Made by a program: the position numbers and the translations under genes
Source: Thermodesulfovibrionales bacterium
GTDB taxonomy: Bacteria; Nitrospirota; Thermodesulfovibrionia; Thermodesulfovibrionales; Dissulfurispiraceae
Assembly (NCBI GenBank): GCA_026415695.1
Contig: JAOAGP010000064.1
Location: forward strand, 368-64,367
Length of the DNA: 64,000 bases
Reading direction: 5' to 3'
Part shown: positions 31,580 through 41,394 of the stretch, one piece after another
Position numbering within the stretch: position 1 is the stretch's first letter
How the letters are laid out: each line of letters starts with the position of its first letter
Notes under the pieces: generated by a model
What the model was told of the DNA's origin: nothing
What the model saw: the letters and a program-made list of their open reading frames with translations, nothing else
Databases searched by the model: none

Positions 31580-32155
31580 TTAGGAATTTATCTTCTTGAG
31601 TAGCCAAGCAATATTTTTACCGAGCGTCTTCATGGTCTTTATGCCTTCTTGGTCATTCATCACCTCACCTACTTCTCTACCAATACCAAGATTCCAATAA
31701 CTTGACCCCGGCACTATCATCTGACCGATCAGGAAAAAATAATTCATTGAACTAAATACATGGGTTGCACCAGCCCTTCTAACCGCAACCACACTGGCTC
31801 CAACCTTTCTCTGAAACATATCGTCATTTGCCCTTGCAACCATCCCTGCCCTTTCAATCAATGCCTTCATACTTGCTGAGACATCTGAAAAATAGGTTGG
31901 TGAGCCAAGTAAGATACCATCAGCAGAAAGCATCTTTTCAATACACTCATTTACAACATCGCTATCAACGGCACATCGTTTGTTTTTATTCTGGAAACAC
32001 TTATAACAAGCAATGCAACCCTGAATCTTCTTACCAGATAGCTCAAATAATTCTGTGTCAATGCCTTCAGCGTTTATCTCCTCAAGCACCATCTTGAGCA
32101 GCATGGATGTGTTTCCACCCTTTCTTGAACTTCCATTAAAGGCTATTACCTTCAC
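31580..32155 (-). CDS. Iron-sulfur flavoprotein (NADPH-dependent FMN reductase fold)
   Basis: FNGSSRKGGNTS flavodoxin-like P-loop and the compact Isf cluster motif CIACYKCFQNKNKRC (C-x2-C-x2-C-x7-C). Confidence 0.8.
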   Translation of the reverse strand: MKVIAFNGSSRKGGNTSMLLKMVLEEINAEGIDTELFELSGKKIQGCIACYKCFQNKNKRCAVDSDVVNECIEKMLSADGILLGSPTYFSDVSASMKALIERAGMVARANDDMFQRKVGASVVAVRRAGATHVFSSMNYFFLIGQMIVPGSSYWNLGIGREVGEVMNDQEGIKTMKTLGKNIAWLLKKINS

Positions 32156-32268
32156 GCCCTACCTCCTCATTTGATTTGAAGTTAGTATTGTATTAGTTTT
32201 TGTTTTTTTATTGCAATTGGCTTTGAGTCGGTGTTGTAAAAAAAAGGGTTTTTAGATTATTCTATCTA

Positions 32269-34254
32269 TTGATTATGGTTGAGATATTCAATAAATCAGA
32301 AGGTTCTAAACTTGATGTATCAATCCTTTATGTTGAGGACGATGCATTCATTAGGAAGATGCTCGTCAGCATGCTCTCAAATGTTGTCAGAGAAATACAC
32401 ACAGCAGAAAACGGTCTTGAGGGTTTAAAGATGTTTAAAAACATAAACCCCGACATAGTGCTCACAGACATCAGGATGCCTGTAATGGATGGTTTAGAAA
32501 TGGCATCACAGATTAAGAGCATCAATAAAGACTCAAGGATCATCGTTACAACTGCCTATGGTGATACAGAGAATCTCCTAAAGGCAATAGACATAGGTAT
32601 TGATAACTATGTATTAAAACCTATAGACAAAAACAAACTCATCAAGATGCTCAATAGGTATGCCGATGAGATTATTCTCACAAAGAGGCTCACAAAACAG
32701 GAACATGAGACTGCGTCTACAAAGGCATTGTTGATGGCAGCAATACAGCAATCCCCAATAGGTATCCTTGTTGCTGATGCACCAGCAGGCACCATAAAGA
32801 TTGCAAATGCTTCAGCACTATCCATTAGAGGTAATACCGATTGTCAACTCATTGATATAGACTTATATGAGCAACCCAAAAACTGGCAGTTTTATCATCC
32901 TGATGGTGAACTTTATAAATATTACGAATTGCCAATAGCCCAGACTGTAATGAAGGGACTTACTGTTAAGGATGTGGAGATAATTGTAAAAAGAGATAAT
33001 GGGGAAACAAGATGGGTGCTTGCAAACTGTGCCCCTGTATTTGATGCAAAAAACAACATGATAGCCTCAATAATGCTTCTTGATGATATAACTGAAAAGA
33101 AAAGACTATCTGACCAACTCCATCACGCACAAAAGATGGAAGCCGTAGGTCAACTAACTGGTGGCTTATCCCATGATTTTAACAACATGCTTACAGCGAT
33201 TATGGGATATGCAAGTCTTTTAAGAGGCAATTTAGAGGGTGATGAACTAAATAAAAACTATGTAGATCAGATACTCTCGGCTGCAGAGAAGGCATCTACA
33301 CTGACAAAAAGTCTTCTTGCTTTTAGTAGGAAACAGGAAATCTCACCAAGGAATATAGAAATAAACGAAATACTCCTATCTTTGCAAAAGTTGTTAACTC
33401 GTCTTATTGGTGAGGATATAGAGTTGATTATAGATTGTTGTGATGATGAGTTAAATGTCTTTGCAGACCCGATTCAGTTTGAACAGGTCATATTCAATCT
33501 TGCAACAAATGCAAGGGATGCTATGCCTAATGGCGGTCAACTGAAGATATCAACCAGTATTTCTGATGGCTCGGATGATTTGATTTACTTTAATGAGGAA
33601 GACCCCAAAAAATACGCTTTAGTAAAGATTGCAGATACAGGTCATGGCATAGATGAGAAGATTTTGGATAAGATCTTTGAACCCTTCTTTACTACAAAAG
33701 AAAAGGGTAAAGGCACTGGGTTGGGACTGTCAATGGTCTATGGTATTGTTAAACAACACAAAGGGCATATTTATGTATCCAGCGTTGTTGGTAAAGGGAC
33801 AGAATTTAGAATCTATCTACCAATAACGGATGTTGCACAAAAGATTGAAGACGATAAATATGATTATACTGTAAAAAACCTGCAAGGTTATGGAACTATC
33901 TTAATAGCAGAGGATAGCGACGAGGTAAGGGCAATTACAAAGGAGATATTAACAAGTAACGGTTATCTTGTTATTGAGGCTGTTGACGGACAAGATGCCA
34001 TTGAAAAGTTTATTGAAAATAAAGACAAGATTGATGTTGTTATTTTAGATATAATAATGCCTAAAAAAAGTGGCAAGGATGCATACGATGAGATAGTAAA
34101 GATTAAAAACGATATCAAGGTCATATTTGTAAGTGGCTATACAGGTGAGATATTAGAAAGGATAAACTTAATAAGAGATAAGGTAAGGTATATACCAAAA
34201 CCAATTAGTCCACAAGTCCTTTTACACAATATTAAAGAGGCAATCGGCAATTAA
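32269..34254 (+). CDS. Hybrid sensor histidine kinase (REC-PAS-HisKA-HATPase-REC)
   Basis: N-terminal REC (ILYVEDD...VLTDIRMP), a PAS domain, H-box LSHDFNNML, the G-box GTGLGLS and a C-terminal REC (ILIAEDS...VILDIIMP). Confidence 0.9.
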   Translation: MIMVEIFNKSEGSKLDVSILYVEDDAFIRKMLVSMLSNVVREIHTAENGLEGLKMFKNINPDIVLTDIRMPVMDGLEMASQIKSINKDSRIIVTTAYGDTENLLKAIDIGIDNYVLKPIDKNKLIKMLNRYADEIILTKRLTKQEHETASTKALLMAAIQQSPIGILVADAPAGTIKIANASALSIRGNTDCQLIDIDLYEQPKNWQFYHPDGELYKYYELPIAQTVMKGLTVKDVEIIVKRDNGETRWVLANCAPVFDAKNNMIASIMLLDDITEKKRLSDQLHHAQKMEAVGQLTGGLSHDFNNMLTAIMGYASLLRGNLEGDELNKNYVDQILSAAEKASTLTKSLLAFSRKQEISPRNIEINEILLSLQKLLTRLIGEDIELIIDCCDDELNVFADPIQFEQVIFNLATNARDAMPNGGQLKISTSISDGSDDLIYFNEEDPKKYALVKIADTGHGIDEKILDKIFEPFFTTKEKGKGTGLGLSMVYGIVKQHKGHIYVSSVVGKGTEFRIYLPITDVAQKIEDDKYDYTVKNLQGYGTILIAEDSDEVRAITKEILTSNGYLVIEAVDGQDAIEKFIENKDKIDVVILDIIMPKKSGKDAYDEIVKIKNDIKVIFVSGYTGEILERINLIRDKVRYIPKPISPQVLLHNIKEAIGN

Positions 34255-34281
34255 GATCATACATAAGGAGGTGATGTTTAT

Positions 34282-34482
34282 ATGCCAATATATGAATACA
34301 AATGCAATAATTGTGGTGAAGATTTTTCCTTGATACAGAGTATTACCAGATTATCGTCTGATTTAAAATGTCCAAATTGTAACTCTGCTGACATCAAAAA
34401 GACTATATCTGCCTTTAGTTGTTTGTTTAGTGGCAGTTCAGCAAAAAAGACTTCTGATTTAAGTTATAGTCCAAGTAGTTGA
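34282..34482 (+). CDS. FmdB-family putative regulatory zinc-ribbon protein
   Basis: MPIYEYKCNNCG...CPNC signature N-terminus with AAGGAGGTGA RBS. Confidence 0.8.
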   Translation: MPIYEYKCNNCGEDFSLIQSITRLSSDLKCPNCNSADIKKTISAFSCLFSGSSAKKTSDLSYSPSS

Positions 34483-34531
34483 GGTCCTGTGAGTTGTTAG
34501 GCAGTTTGCCTAAAACAAACACCAACCATAT

Positions 34532-34618
34532 GGAGAGGTGCGAGAGCGGTTTAATCGGCACGACTGGAAATCGTGTGTGGGCTAAAACTCACCGAGGGTT
34601 CGAATCCCTCCCTCTCCG
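34532..34618 (+). tRNA. tRNA-Ser (anticodon GGA)
   Basis: Acceptor GGAGAGG/CCTCTCC plus discriminator G. Anticodon stem CACGA/TCGTG with loop CTGGAAA. Long variable arm. T-arm GAGGG-TTCGAAT-CCCTC. Confidence 0.93.
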
Positions 34619-34662
34619 TTTCTATTTTTAATCAGAAACCAAAATACCCATTACAAAAGGGT

Positions 34663-35331
34663 TTATACCTTTAAAGGTATGACATAAAACAAGACAGCAA
34701 AGAAGTGCAGGATACTGCCTGCTAAGACAAAGATGTGCCAAATAGCGTGAGAAAATCGCATGGACTTCCAAAGATAAAACAATACCCCAAAAGTATAAGC
34801 AAGTCCACCGGAAAGAACAAGCCAAAGTCCTCCAGACGGCAAAGATGAATACAGTGGCTTGATTGCCACCACTATTGACCACCCCATGATAAGATAAAGT
34901 GCGATTGAAAGAAACCTGTATTTTCTCAATCTCGTGCATTGAATTATTATCCCGATAATAGCAATACCCCACACAGTGCCAAAAAGTGACCATCCCCAAG
35001 TGCCTTGAAGGGTTACTAATGTAAAAGGTGTATAGGTGCCTGCAATCAATAAAAAGATTGCAGAATGGTCAATGATCCTAAATATCTGTTTTGCCCTTGG
35101 ATCCCTGATAGTATGATAAAGAGTAGATGCAGTGTATAAAAGTATCAATGTAGCCCCATATATTGAGCAACTGACTATATGATATACATTTCCAAAAACG
35201 CTTGAAAAGGCAGATAGCACAGCAAGACCCGCTATAGAAAAGAGTATCCCAAATCCGTGGGTAATACTATTTGCTATCTCCTCTGCTATGGTGTATTGTC
35301 TTATGCTCTCTGTCTTGTCCATTTTATACAA
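34663..35331 (-). CDS. Hemolysin III / PAQR family channel protein
   Basis: 7-TM protein with EEIANSITHG, DHSAIFLLIAGTYTP and HAIWHIFVL motifs. Confidence 0.88.
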   Translation of the reverse strand: MYKMDKTESIRQYTIAEEIANSITHGFGILFSIAGLAVLSAFSSVFGNVYHIVSCSIYGATLILLYTASTLYHTIRDPRAKQIFRIIDHSAIFLLIAGTYTPFTLVTLQGTWGWSLFGTVWGIAIIGIIIQCTRLRKYRFLSIALYLIMGWSIVVAIKPLYSSLPSGGLWLVLSGGLAYTFGVLFYLWKSMRFSHAIWHIFVLAGSILHFFAVLFYVIPLKV

Positions 35332-35383
35332 ACGATATTATATTTCATCATTTGTTTGAGAGACAAGTTTATTGGGTTGAGTT

Positions 35384-35881
35384 TTAATACCCTTGTTGTG
35401 GAGATGATGCTGGTTTTTTACATCTACTCTTTAATCTAAGTCTCATTCTAACCTGTGCCTCTACATTTCGTCTTTTTTCTTCATCGGTCTCTAATATCAA
35501 GGGTGGAACTGGTGTCGGCTTACCATCTTTATCAAGTGCTACATATGTAAGGTATGCAGAGACAGCATGTCTTAACTCTCCAGTCATGAGGTTTTCAGTC
35601 TCAACCCTTACACCTACCTCCATAGAAGTCCTGCCAACATAATTAAGGCTACTTTTGAAAAACACAAGGTCACCAATAAAAATGGGGGTGTGAAAATCAA
35701 GCCTATCAATGGATGCAGTTACACAGTTGCATCTTGAATGCCGAGTTGCAACTACGGCTCCAGCGGTGTCAATGAGTTTCATGATAATCCCTCCATGAAC
35801 ATTGCCAGCAGGGTTTGCATCCTGTGGGTTCATAACCTGTGCAATTATCACAGCACTATCCCTAACCCTTTTAGCATCCAT
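35384..35881 (-). CDS. Acyl-CoA thioesterase (hotdog fold)
   Basis: NPAGNVHGGIIMKLID catalytic-region motif; single hotdog domain. Confidence 0.8.
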   Translation of the reverse strand: MDAKRVRDSAVIIAQVMNPQDANPAGNVHGGIIMKLIDTAGAVVATRHSRCNCVTASIDRLDFHTPIFIGDLVFFKSSLNYVGRTSMEVGVRVETENLMTGELRHAVSAYLTYVALDKDGKPTPVPPLILETDEEKRRNVEAQVRMRLRLKSRCKKPASSPQQGY

Positions 35882-35943
35882 ACATTACCTCCACCTTCAG
35901 ATTTGAGAAAGGATAACAAAAAAATGTAAAATACTCAATAATT

Positions 35944-36978
35944 ATGAAGATACTTATCATAGATGATGATATACTATCCTTAAAACTTCTCTCCCAACTA
36001 TCAAAAAAAGCAGGGGATGTTGAAGCAGTCTGTTTTCAAACACCCATAGAGGCACTCAAATGGGCTCAAGACAATGAACCAGAACTTGTCTTGGTTGACT
36101 ACACGATGCCTGATATGAATGGTATAGATTTTATCAGGAAATTCAAGACAATACCTAAAAGGGCAACAATACCAATAATCATGATTACTGGAGTTGCAGA
36201 AAACGCCATCAGATATGAAGCACTTTTATCTGGGGCTAATGACTTTCTGACAAAACCAGTGGACTCAACTGAATTTATTGCCCGTGTAAGAAACATGCTT
36301 GCACTAAGTGAATATCAAAAGATGTTAAGCGACCGTGCAGAATGGCTACAAAACGAGGTAAAAAAGGCAACCCAAGAGATTATCTTAAGGGAAATAGAAA
36401 CCATTTACTGCTTATCAAGGGCAACTGAATTAAGAGACCCAGAGACAGGAGAACATATATTAAGGATGTCAAATTATTCTCATCATATTGCTGAAAATTT
36501 AGGCTTAAATCCAAACGACCAAGAACTGTTACTAAAGATTGCACCTATGCACGATATTGGTAAGGTTGGTATTGCAGACAGCATACTCCTCAAACCAGAC
36601 AAACTAACTGAAGAAGAATATAAGACCATGACAACCCACACCATTATTGGATATAACATCCTTAAAGACAGCAGGTCTGATGTCTTAAGGGAGGCATCAT
36701 TCATTGCCCTCTATCATCACGAGAGATACGATGGCAAGGGATATCCTATGGGGTTAAAAGGTGAGGAGATACCACTATTTTCAAGGATTGTAGCGGTGGC
36801 TGATGTTTTTGATGCCCTGACATCCGTTAGACCATATAAGAAGGCATGGGAGGTTGAGGAAGCGTGCAAATACCTAAAGTCTGTGGCAGGTAGCCAATTT
36901 GACGCAGCATGTGTTGATGCCTTCTTTAAGAATTGGCAAAGGGTCATTGATATAAAAAACCGTTATCCAAATCAATAG
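35944..36978 (+). CDS. Response regulator with HD-GYP output domain (c-di-GMP phosphodiesterase type)
   Basis: REC (ILIIDDD...VLVDYTMPDMNG), HDIGK and HHERYDGKGYP. Confidence 0.9.
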   Translation: MKILIIDDDILSLKLLSQLSKKAGDVEAVCFQTPIEALKWAQDNEPELVLVDYTMPDMNGIDFIRKFKTIPKRATIPIIMITGVAENAIRYEALLSGANDFLTKPVDSTEFIARVRNMLALSEYQKMLSDRAEWLQNEVKKATQEIILREIETIYCLSRATELRDPETGEHILRMSNYSHHIAENLGLNPNDQELLLKIAPMHDIGKVGIADSILLKPDKLTEEEYKTMTTHTIIGYNILKDSRSDVLREASFIALYHHERYDGKGYPMGLKGEEIPLFSRIVAVADVFDALTSVRPYKKAWEVEEACKYLKSVAGSQFDAACVDAFFKNWQRVIDIKNRYPNQ

Positions 36979-36982
36979 TCAA

Positions 36983-37711
36983 TTAGACCTTCCTCAAAAC
37001 ACTCCCCTTTGCAGATATAATCACCTCTTTAAAAGGTATATTCTTATTGCTCATCTGTAATGCCCTCTTTACAACTTGCGAAAGTTTATGACAACATGGC
37101 ACCTCCATTGATACAACGGTAATGTCTTTAATTTCATTGTTAGCGAAAATATCAGTGAATTTATTTGTGTATTCTTCAATGTCATCAAATTTCGGACAAC
37201 CTAACATCACCGTTCTACCTTTCAAAAAATCGCTGTGAAAGTTTCTATATGCCACAGGCACACAGTCAGCAGCAATCAAAAGGCTTGCATCTTTTAAAAA
37301 CGGTGCGTTTGTGGGTATTAATCTAATCTGAACAGGCCAATGTGTGAGGAGACTTGGAAGTTCATCATAGTCTTCATTCTTAACACTGTCAGCATTCTTA
37401 ACAACCTGAAACTGCATAACCTTTGTGGATGGGCATCCACATGGAAGCACTGGTGGCTGGTTTAGTCTTTCATGAACATGCTTTTTTATTGCCTCTTCAT
37501 CAAAAGGCTCTGCCTCCCTTTCTACTATCTTCAGAGCACCTCTTGGACACTCTCCAATACATGCACCAAGCCCATCACAGAAACTATCTGCGATTACCTT
37601 TGCCTTGCCATTTACTATCTCAAGTGCGCCTTCAGCACAGGCTGTAACACACTGTCCACAGCCATCACATAATGTTTCATCAATCTCAATAATCTTACGA
37701 ACAGTCTTCAT
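36983..37711 (-). CDS. 4Fe-4S dicluster ferredoxin-domain protein encoded downstream of hcp
   Basis: CDGCGQCVTAC and CDGLGACIGECP motifs. Start refined to MKTVRK (37711), preceded by GGAGGT; the ORF-track start is 37756. Confidence 0.7.
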   Translation of the reverse strand: MKTVRKIIEIDETLCDGCGQCVTACAEGALEIVNGKAKVIADSFCDGLGACIGECPRGALKIVEREAEPFDEEAIKKHVHERLNQPPVLPCGCPSTKVMQFQVVKNADSVKNEDYDELPSLLTHWPVQIRLIPTNAPFLKDASLLIAADCVPVAYRNFHSDFLKGRTVMLGCPKFDDIEEYTNKFTDIFANNEIKDITVVSMEVPCCHKLSQVVKRALQMSNKNIPFKEVIISAKGSVLRKV

Positions 37712-37872
37712 CTTTACCTCCAAATATTTTTTATTACCTACAAAAGTAAACATCAATTAGATTATCAAATCTTATAAGGTCAATAACTATCTCTTTTTAA
37801 GAGGGGGTATGCTTAAATAAAATTACCCCCTCATAACCCATCACTTTAACCTAAAAGTATTATTTTATCAAA

Positions 37873-39501
37873 TTAACCCAAGATAGCCTTTATATCCTCA
37901 TCTGGGGTCTTTATTGGCATAATGTTGAAGTTCCTTACAAGAACATCCAGCACATTTGGGCTTACAAAGGCTGGAAGTGATGGTCCAAGCCTGATGTTTT
38001 TAATACCCAAATAAAGCAGTGTAAGTAATATCGCTACAGCCTTTTGTTCATACCATGATAGTATCATAGAAAGTGGTAACTCATTTACACCAACATTAAA
38101 TGCCTTTGAAAGTGCAACGGCAATCTGGATTGCTGAATACGCATCATTACATTGCCCAACATCAAGTAGTCTTGGAATACCTCCAATGTCTCCTAAATCC
38201 TTATCAAAAAACCTAAACTTTCCACAGGCAAGTGTCAAGACAACGCAGTCCTTTGGAACCTTTTCAACAAACTCTGTGTAGTAATTTCTCCCCGGTTTTG
38301 CACCATCACACCCTGCAACCAAAAAGAAATGTCTTATCGCCTTGTTTTTGACTGCCTCAATGACCTTATCAGCCACTGATAAAACAGTATTTCTTGCAAA
38401 ACCAACGGTAACGCTTTTCCCTTCAGCATCATCGGTAAACCCCTCCTTTGATAAAGCCTTTTGTATCACAGGACTAAAATCCCTATTCTTGATATGGGTA
38501 ACATTAGGCCATCCCACTATCCCACTTGTAAATATTGCGTCTCTGTAAGAGTCTGCTGGTTTTTGAATACAGTTTGTCGTCATAAGTATTGCACCCGGAA
38601 ACCTTGCAAACTCCTTTTGTTGATTCTGCCACGCAGTGCCGTAATGCCCATAAAGATGTGGGTATTTCTTAAGTTGAGGATATCCATGAGCAGGCAACAT
38701 CTCCCCATGTGTATAGATGTAGATACCCTTGCCTTCTGTCTGTTTTAGCAACTCCTCTAAATCCTTGAGGTCGTGACCTGATACCAATATTGCCTTACCC
38801 TTTTTACGCCCTAACGGAACCTTTGTAGGCACTGGATGACCATATGCCCCTGTATTTGCAGAATCAAGGAGTTCCATCGTCTTGAGATTTGTCTCTCCAC
38901 ACCTTAAAACCATCTCAAGCCATTTGTCTAATGGAATTGTCTCGTCTGTAAGTGCAGCCAATGCCTCGTGTATAAATGCATATACGCTGTCATCTTCTTT
39001 ACCAAGTATCTGTGCATGGTCGGCATAGGCGGCAATGCCCTTTAATCCAAAAAGAAGGATATCCTGAAGTGAAAGTATATCTTCACTTTGCGCCTTTCTT
39101 GTTTTTAGGTTGTATTGTTCGCCTTGTTTTACCAATCCTTCTTTGGATGTCTCTAATCTAAAATTCAAGGCATCCACCTTCAAATCAACCTTACCCCCGG
39201 CAGAGATTACCTTTTCTTTTAGGTCATCCCTAATCTCTACAGCCTTTTTGATAAGCACAACGAAATCATCGGCATCAAAGTTCACATTTGTAAGGGTTGA
39301 AAACAACGCCTCAACAGTAAACACATTCACAGAGTTGTCAAGAACACCAAGCCTCCTTGCCTCCTTTGCAACTATTGATAATCCCTTCAACGCATGCACT
39401 AAAAGATCTTGAAGACTTGCTACCTCTGGTTGTTTCCCACACACACCGACTACCTCACAACCCTTCCCTTTTGCAGTTTGCTCACATTGATAACAAAACA
39501 T
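37873..39501 (-). CDS. hcp: Hybrid cluster protein / hydroxylamine reductase
   Basis: N-terminal MFCYQCEQTAKGKGCEVVGVCGK cubane motif. 542 aa with conserved hybrid-cluster Cys/His/Glu regions. AAGGAGGG RBS. Confidence 0.95.
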   Translation of the reverse strand: MFCYQCEQTAKGKGCEVVGVCGKQPEVASLQDLLVHALKGLSIVAKEARRLGVLDNSVNVFTVEALFSTLTNVNFDADDFVVLIKKAVEIRDDLKEKVISAGGKVDLKVDALNFRLETSKEGLVKQGEQYNLKTRKAQSEDILSLQDILLFGLKGIAAYADHAQILGKEDDSVYAFIHEALAALTDETIPLDKWLEMVLRCGETNLKTMELLDSANTGAYGHPVPTKVPLGRKKGKAILVSGHDLKDLEELLKQTEGKGIYIYTHGEMLPAHGYPQLKKYPHLYGHYGTAWQNQQKEFARFPGAILMTTNCIQKPADSYRDAIFTSGIVGWPNVTHIKNRDFSPVIQKALSKEGFTDDAEGKSVTVGFARNTVLSVADKVIEAVKNKAIRHFFLVAGCDGAKPGRNYYTEFVEKVPKDCVVLTLACGKFRFFDKDLGDIGGIPRLLDVGQCNDAYSAIQIAVALSKAFNVGVNELPLSMILSWYEQKAVAILLTLLYLGIKNIRLGPSLPAFVSPNVLDVLVRNFNIMPIKTPDEDIKAILG

Positions 39502-39534
39502 GTCTAATCCCTCCTTGATTTAATTTATGATTTT

Positions 39535-39576
39535 AGTATAACCCTTGACTCAAAAAGATACATTGACTTAAGTCAA
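39535..39576 (-). promoter_or_regulatory. Candidate class II CRP/FNR-family (HcpR/FNR-like) dependent promoter of hcp
   Basis: Perfect 14-bp palindrome TTGACTTAAGTCAA (39563-39576). Its centre lies 32 bp from the centre of a TATACT -10 hexamer (39540-39535, minus strand). That spacing is expected for a -41.5 site. The ATG is 33 nt downstream of the -10. Confidence 0.55.
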
Positions 39577-39616
39577 ATTTCAAAGGGCAGAAACTACACG
39601 GTATTTAGATGATTTT

Positions 39617-40231
39617 TTATGGATTTAACTCTTTATACAAGAATAGATTGAAATCATAAGACATCGTGTCGTGTCTTAATGCAACAAAGGGGGTGAGTTC
39701 TGTAATGGCAAACCGTAGGATGTCTTCAGGGTAGATGTAATTTAGGACAAACTCCTTTTTTGGCGTGTGGGCAGACAGGGCATTAAATGCTACAGCAGTT
39801 GTGCAAATCCTAAAAACCTTCCTTAAGACCTCTTTAATAGTATCCTCAATGCCCTGAAATTTAAGATTAAATACCCCACAGATAAAGATATAGTCAAAGA
39901 CCTCATTTAGGTCTTCTTGTAAGATGTCTATACACATAAATCGGGCTTCAGGATGATTCATCTTAGCCAAAGAGATGAGATTTTGATTTATGTCTATGCC
40001 TGTATAATCTACCATTATTCCTCTATTCATCAGATAGCCATAAAAATCCCCTTTACCACATCCAAAATCAAGTATCCTCGTGCCTGATATATCCTTTGCA
40101 ACATGGACTATGGTTTCATAGTGTCTGAGTTGACCCTTCATAGTCCATCTCAGTGCCTCTGGTCTATTACCATGAAGGGCAAGGGTTTGGTTAAAAAAAG
40201 ACAAGACATACTCCTTTGAAAGTTCATCCAT
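39617..40231 (-). CDS. Class I SAM-dependent methyltransferase
   Basis: Motif I ILDFGCGKGDF; about 200 aa Rossmann-fold MTase layout. Confidence 0.75.
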   Translation of the reverse strand: MDELSKEYVLSFFNQTLALHGNRPEALRWTMKGQLRHYETIVHVAKDISGTRILDFGCGKGDFYGYLMNRGIMVDYTGIDINQNLISLAKMNHPEARFMCIDILQEDLNEVFDYIFICGVFNLKFQGIEDTIKEVLRKVFRICTTAVAFNALSAHTPKKEFVLNYIYPEDILRFAITELTPFVALRHDTMSYDFNLFLYKELNP

Positions 40232-40362
40232 AGATGTAATATGCTACTTCAAAACGAAAGACTGTTGCAATATCTTCATCATATTAGACAACTTTCTATA
40301 CCAATATAAGACAAAAAGGTGTATAATTTAAAGGCTAAAAAAACTCTTAATAGGAGGGCATT

Positions 40363-41364
40363 ATGGAAAAGATTTCTTACAAAGACATTGGTCTTGTGAA
40401 CACCAAAGAGATGTTTAAAAAGGCTATGGAAGGCAAATATGCAATACCCGCTTACAATTTTAACAACATGGAACAACTTCAAGCCATTGTTTTTGGATGC
40501 ATTGAGTCAAACTCGCCATTTATCCTTCAGGTATCAAGTGGTGCAAGAAAATATGCCAACCAGACACTTCTTAAGTATATGGCAATGGGTGCTGTGGCAA
40601 TGATAAGAGAGGCAAATAGCCCTGTGAAATTTGCGCTTCATCTTGACCATGGCGATTCATTTGAGTTGTGTAAATCCTGCATAGAATCAGGATTTTCATC
40701 AGTAATGATAGATGGTTCACACCTGCCATATGAAGAAAACATCAAATTAACCAAACAGGTAGTTGAGTTTGCACATGACCATGATGTAACCGTTGAAGGG
40801 GAGTTAGGCGTATTAGCAGGCATAGAGGATGATGTCTCTGCAGAAAAGTCCACTTATACAAAGCCTGAAGAGGTAGAGGACTTTGTTAGCAGGACAGGGG
40901 TTGACTCCCTTGCAATATCCATTGGCACTTCTCATGGGGCTACTAAATTTAAGCCTGAACAATGCACAAGGGATGAAAGGGGCGTATTAGTGCCACCACC
41001 ATTGAGGTTTGACATACTTGAAGAGATTGAAAGAAGGATACCCGGTTTTCCAATAGTTTTACACGGTGCATCATCAGTATTACCTGAATATGTAGAGATG
41101 ATTAACGCAAACGGTGGTAAGCTAAAAGACGCAGTAGGTATCCCTGAAGACCAATTAAGAAGGGCAGCAAAGAGTGCGGTTTGTAAGATCAACATAGACA
41201 GTGATGGCAGATTGGTAATGACCGCAATCATAAGAAAGATATTTAATGAAAAACCTGCAGAGTTTGATCCTCGTAAATACTTGGGTCCTGCAAGGGATGA
41301 ACTCAAAAAGATGATAATCAGAAAAAACATTGAAGTGCTTGGCTCTGCTGGAAAGGCAGTATAA
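40363..41364 (+). CDS. fba: Class II fructose-1,6-bisphosphate aldolase
   Basis: AIPAYNFNN, HLDHG, SVMIDGS and LHGASS motifs. AGGAGGG RBS. Confidence 0.92.
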   Translation: MEKISYKDIGLVNTKEMFKKAMEGKYAIPAYNFNNMEQLQAIVFGCIESNSPFILQVSSGARKYANQTLLKYMAMGAVAMIREANSPVKFALHLDHGDSFELCKSCIESGFSSVMIDGSHLPYEENIKLTKQVVEFAHDHDVTVEGELGVLAGIEDDVSAEKSTYTKPEEVEDFVSRTGVDSLAISIGTSHGATKFKPEQCTRDERGVLVPPPLRFDILEEIERRIPGFPIVLHGASSVLPEYVEMINANGGKLKDAVGIPEDQLRRAAKSAVCKINIDSDGRLVMTAIIRKIFNEKPAEFDPRKYLGPARDELKKMIIRKNIEVLGSAGKAV

Positions 41365-41394
41365 ATCAAAATAGACAAGGAGAAAGATCTGTTG

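Noticed and set aside
34497-34513. TTAGGCA-gtt-TGCCTAA hairpin between fmdB and tRNA-Ser as a terminator.
   Set aside because: It is a 7-bp stem with no downstream U-tract. It may simply be a chance palindrome or a tRNA precursor processing context.
40322-40327. Perfect TATAAT upstream of fba as a promoter call.
   Set aside because: No acceptable -35 lies at 16-18 nt spacing, and the preceding bases do not form a proper TGn extended -10. It is plausible but unsupported beyond the hexamer.
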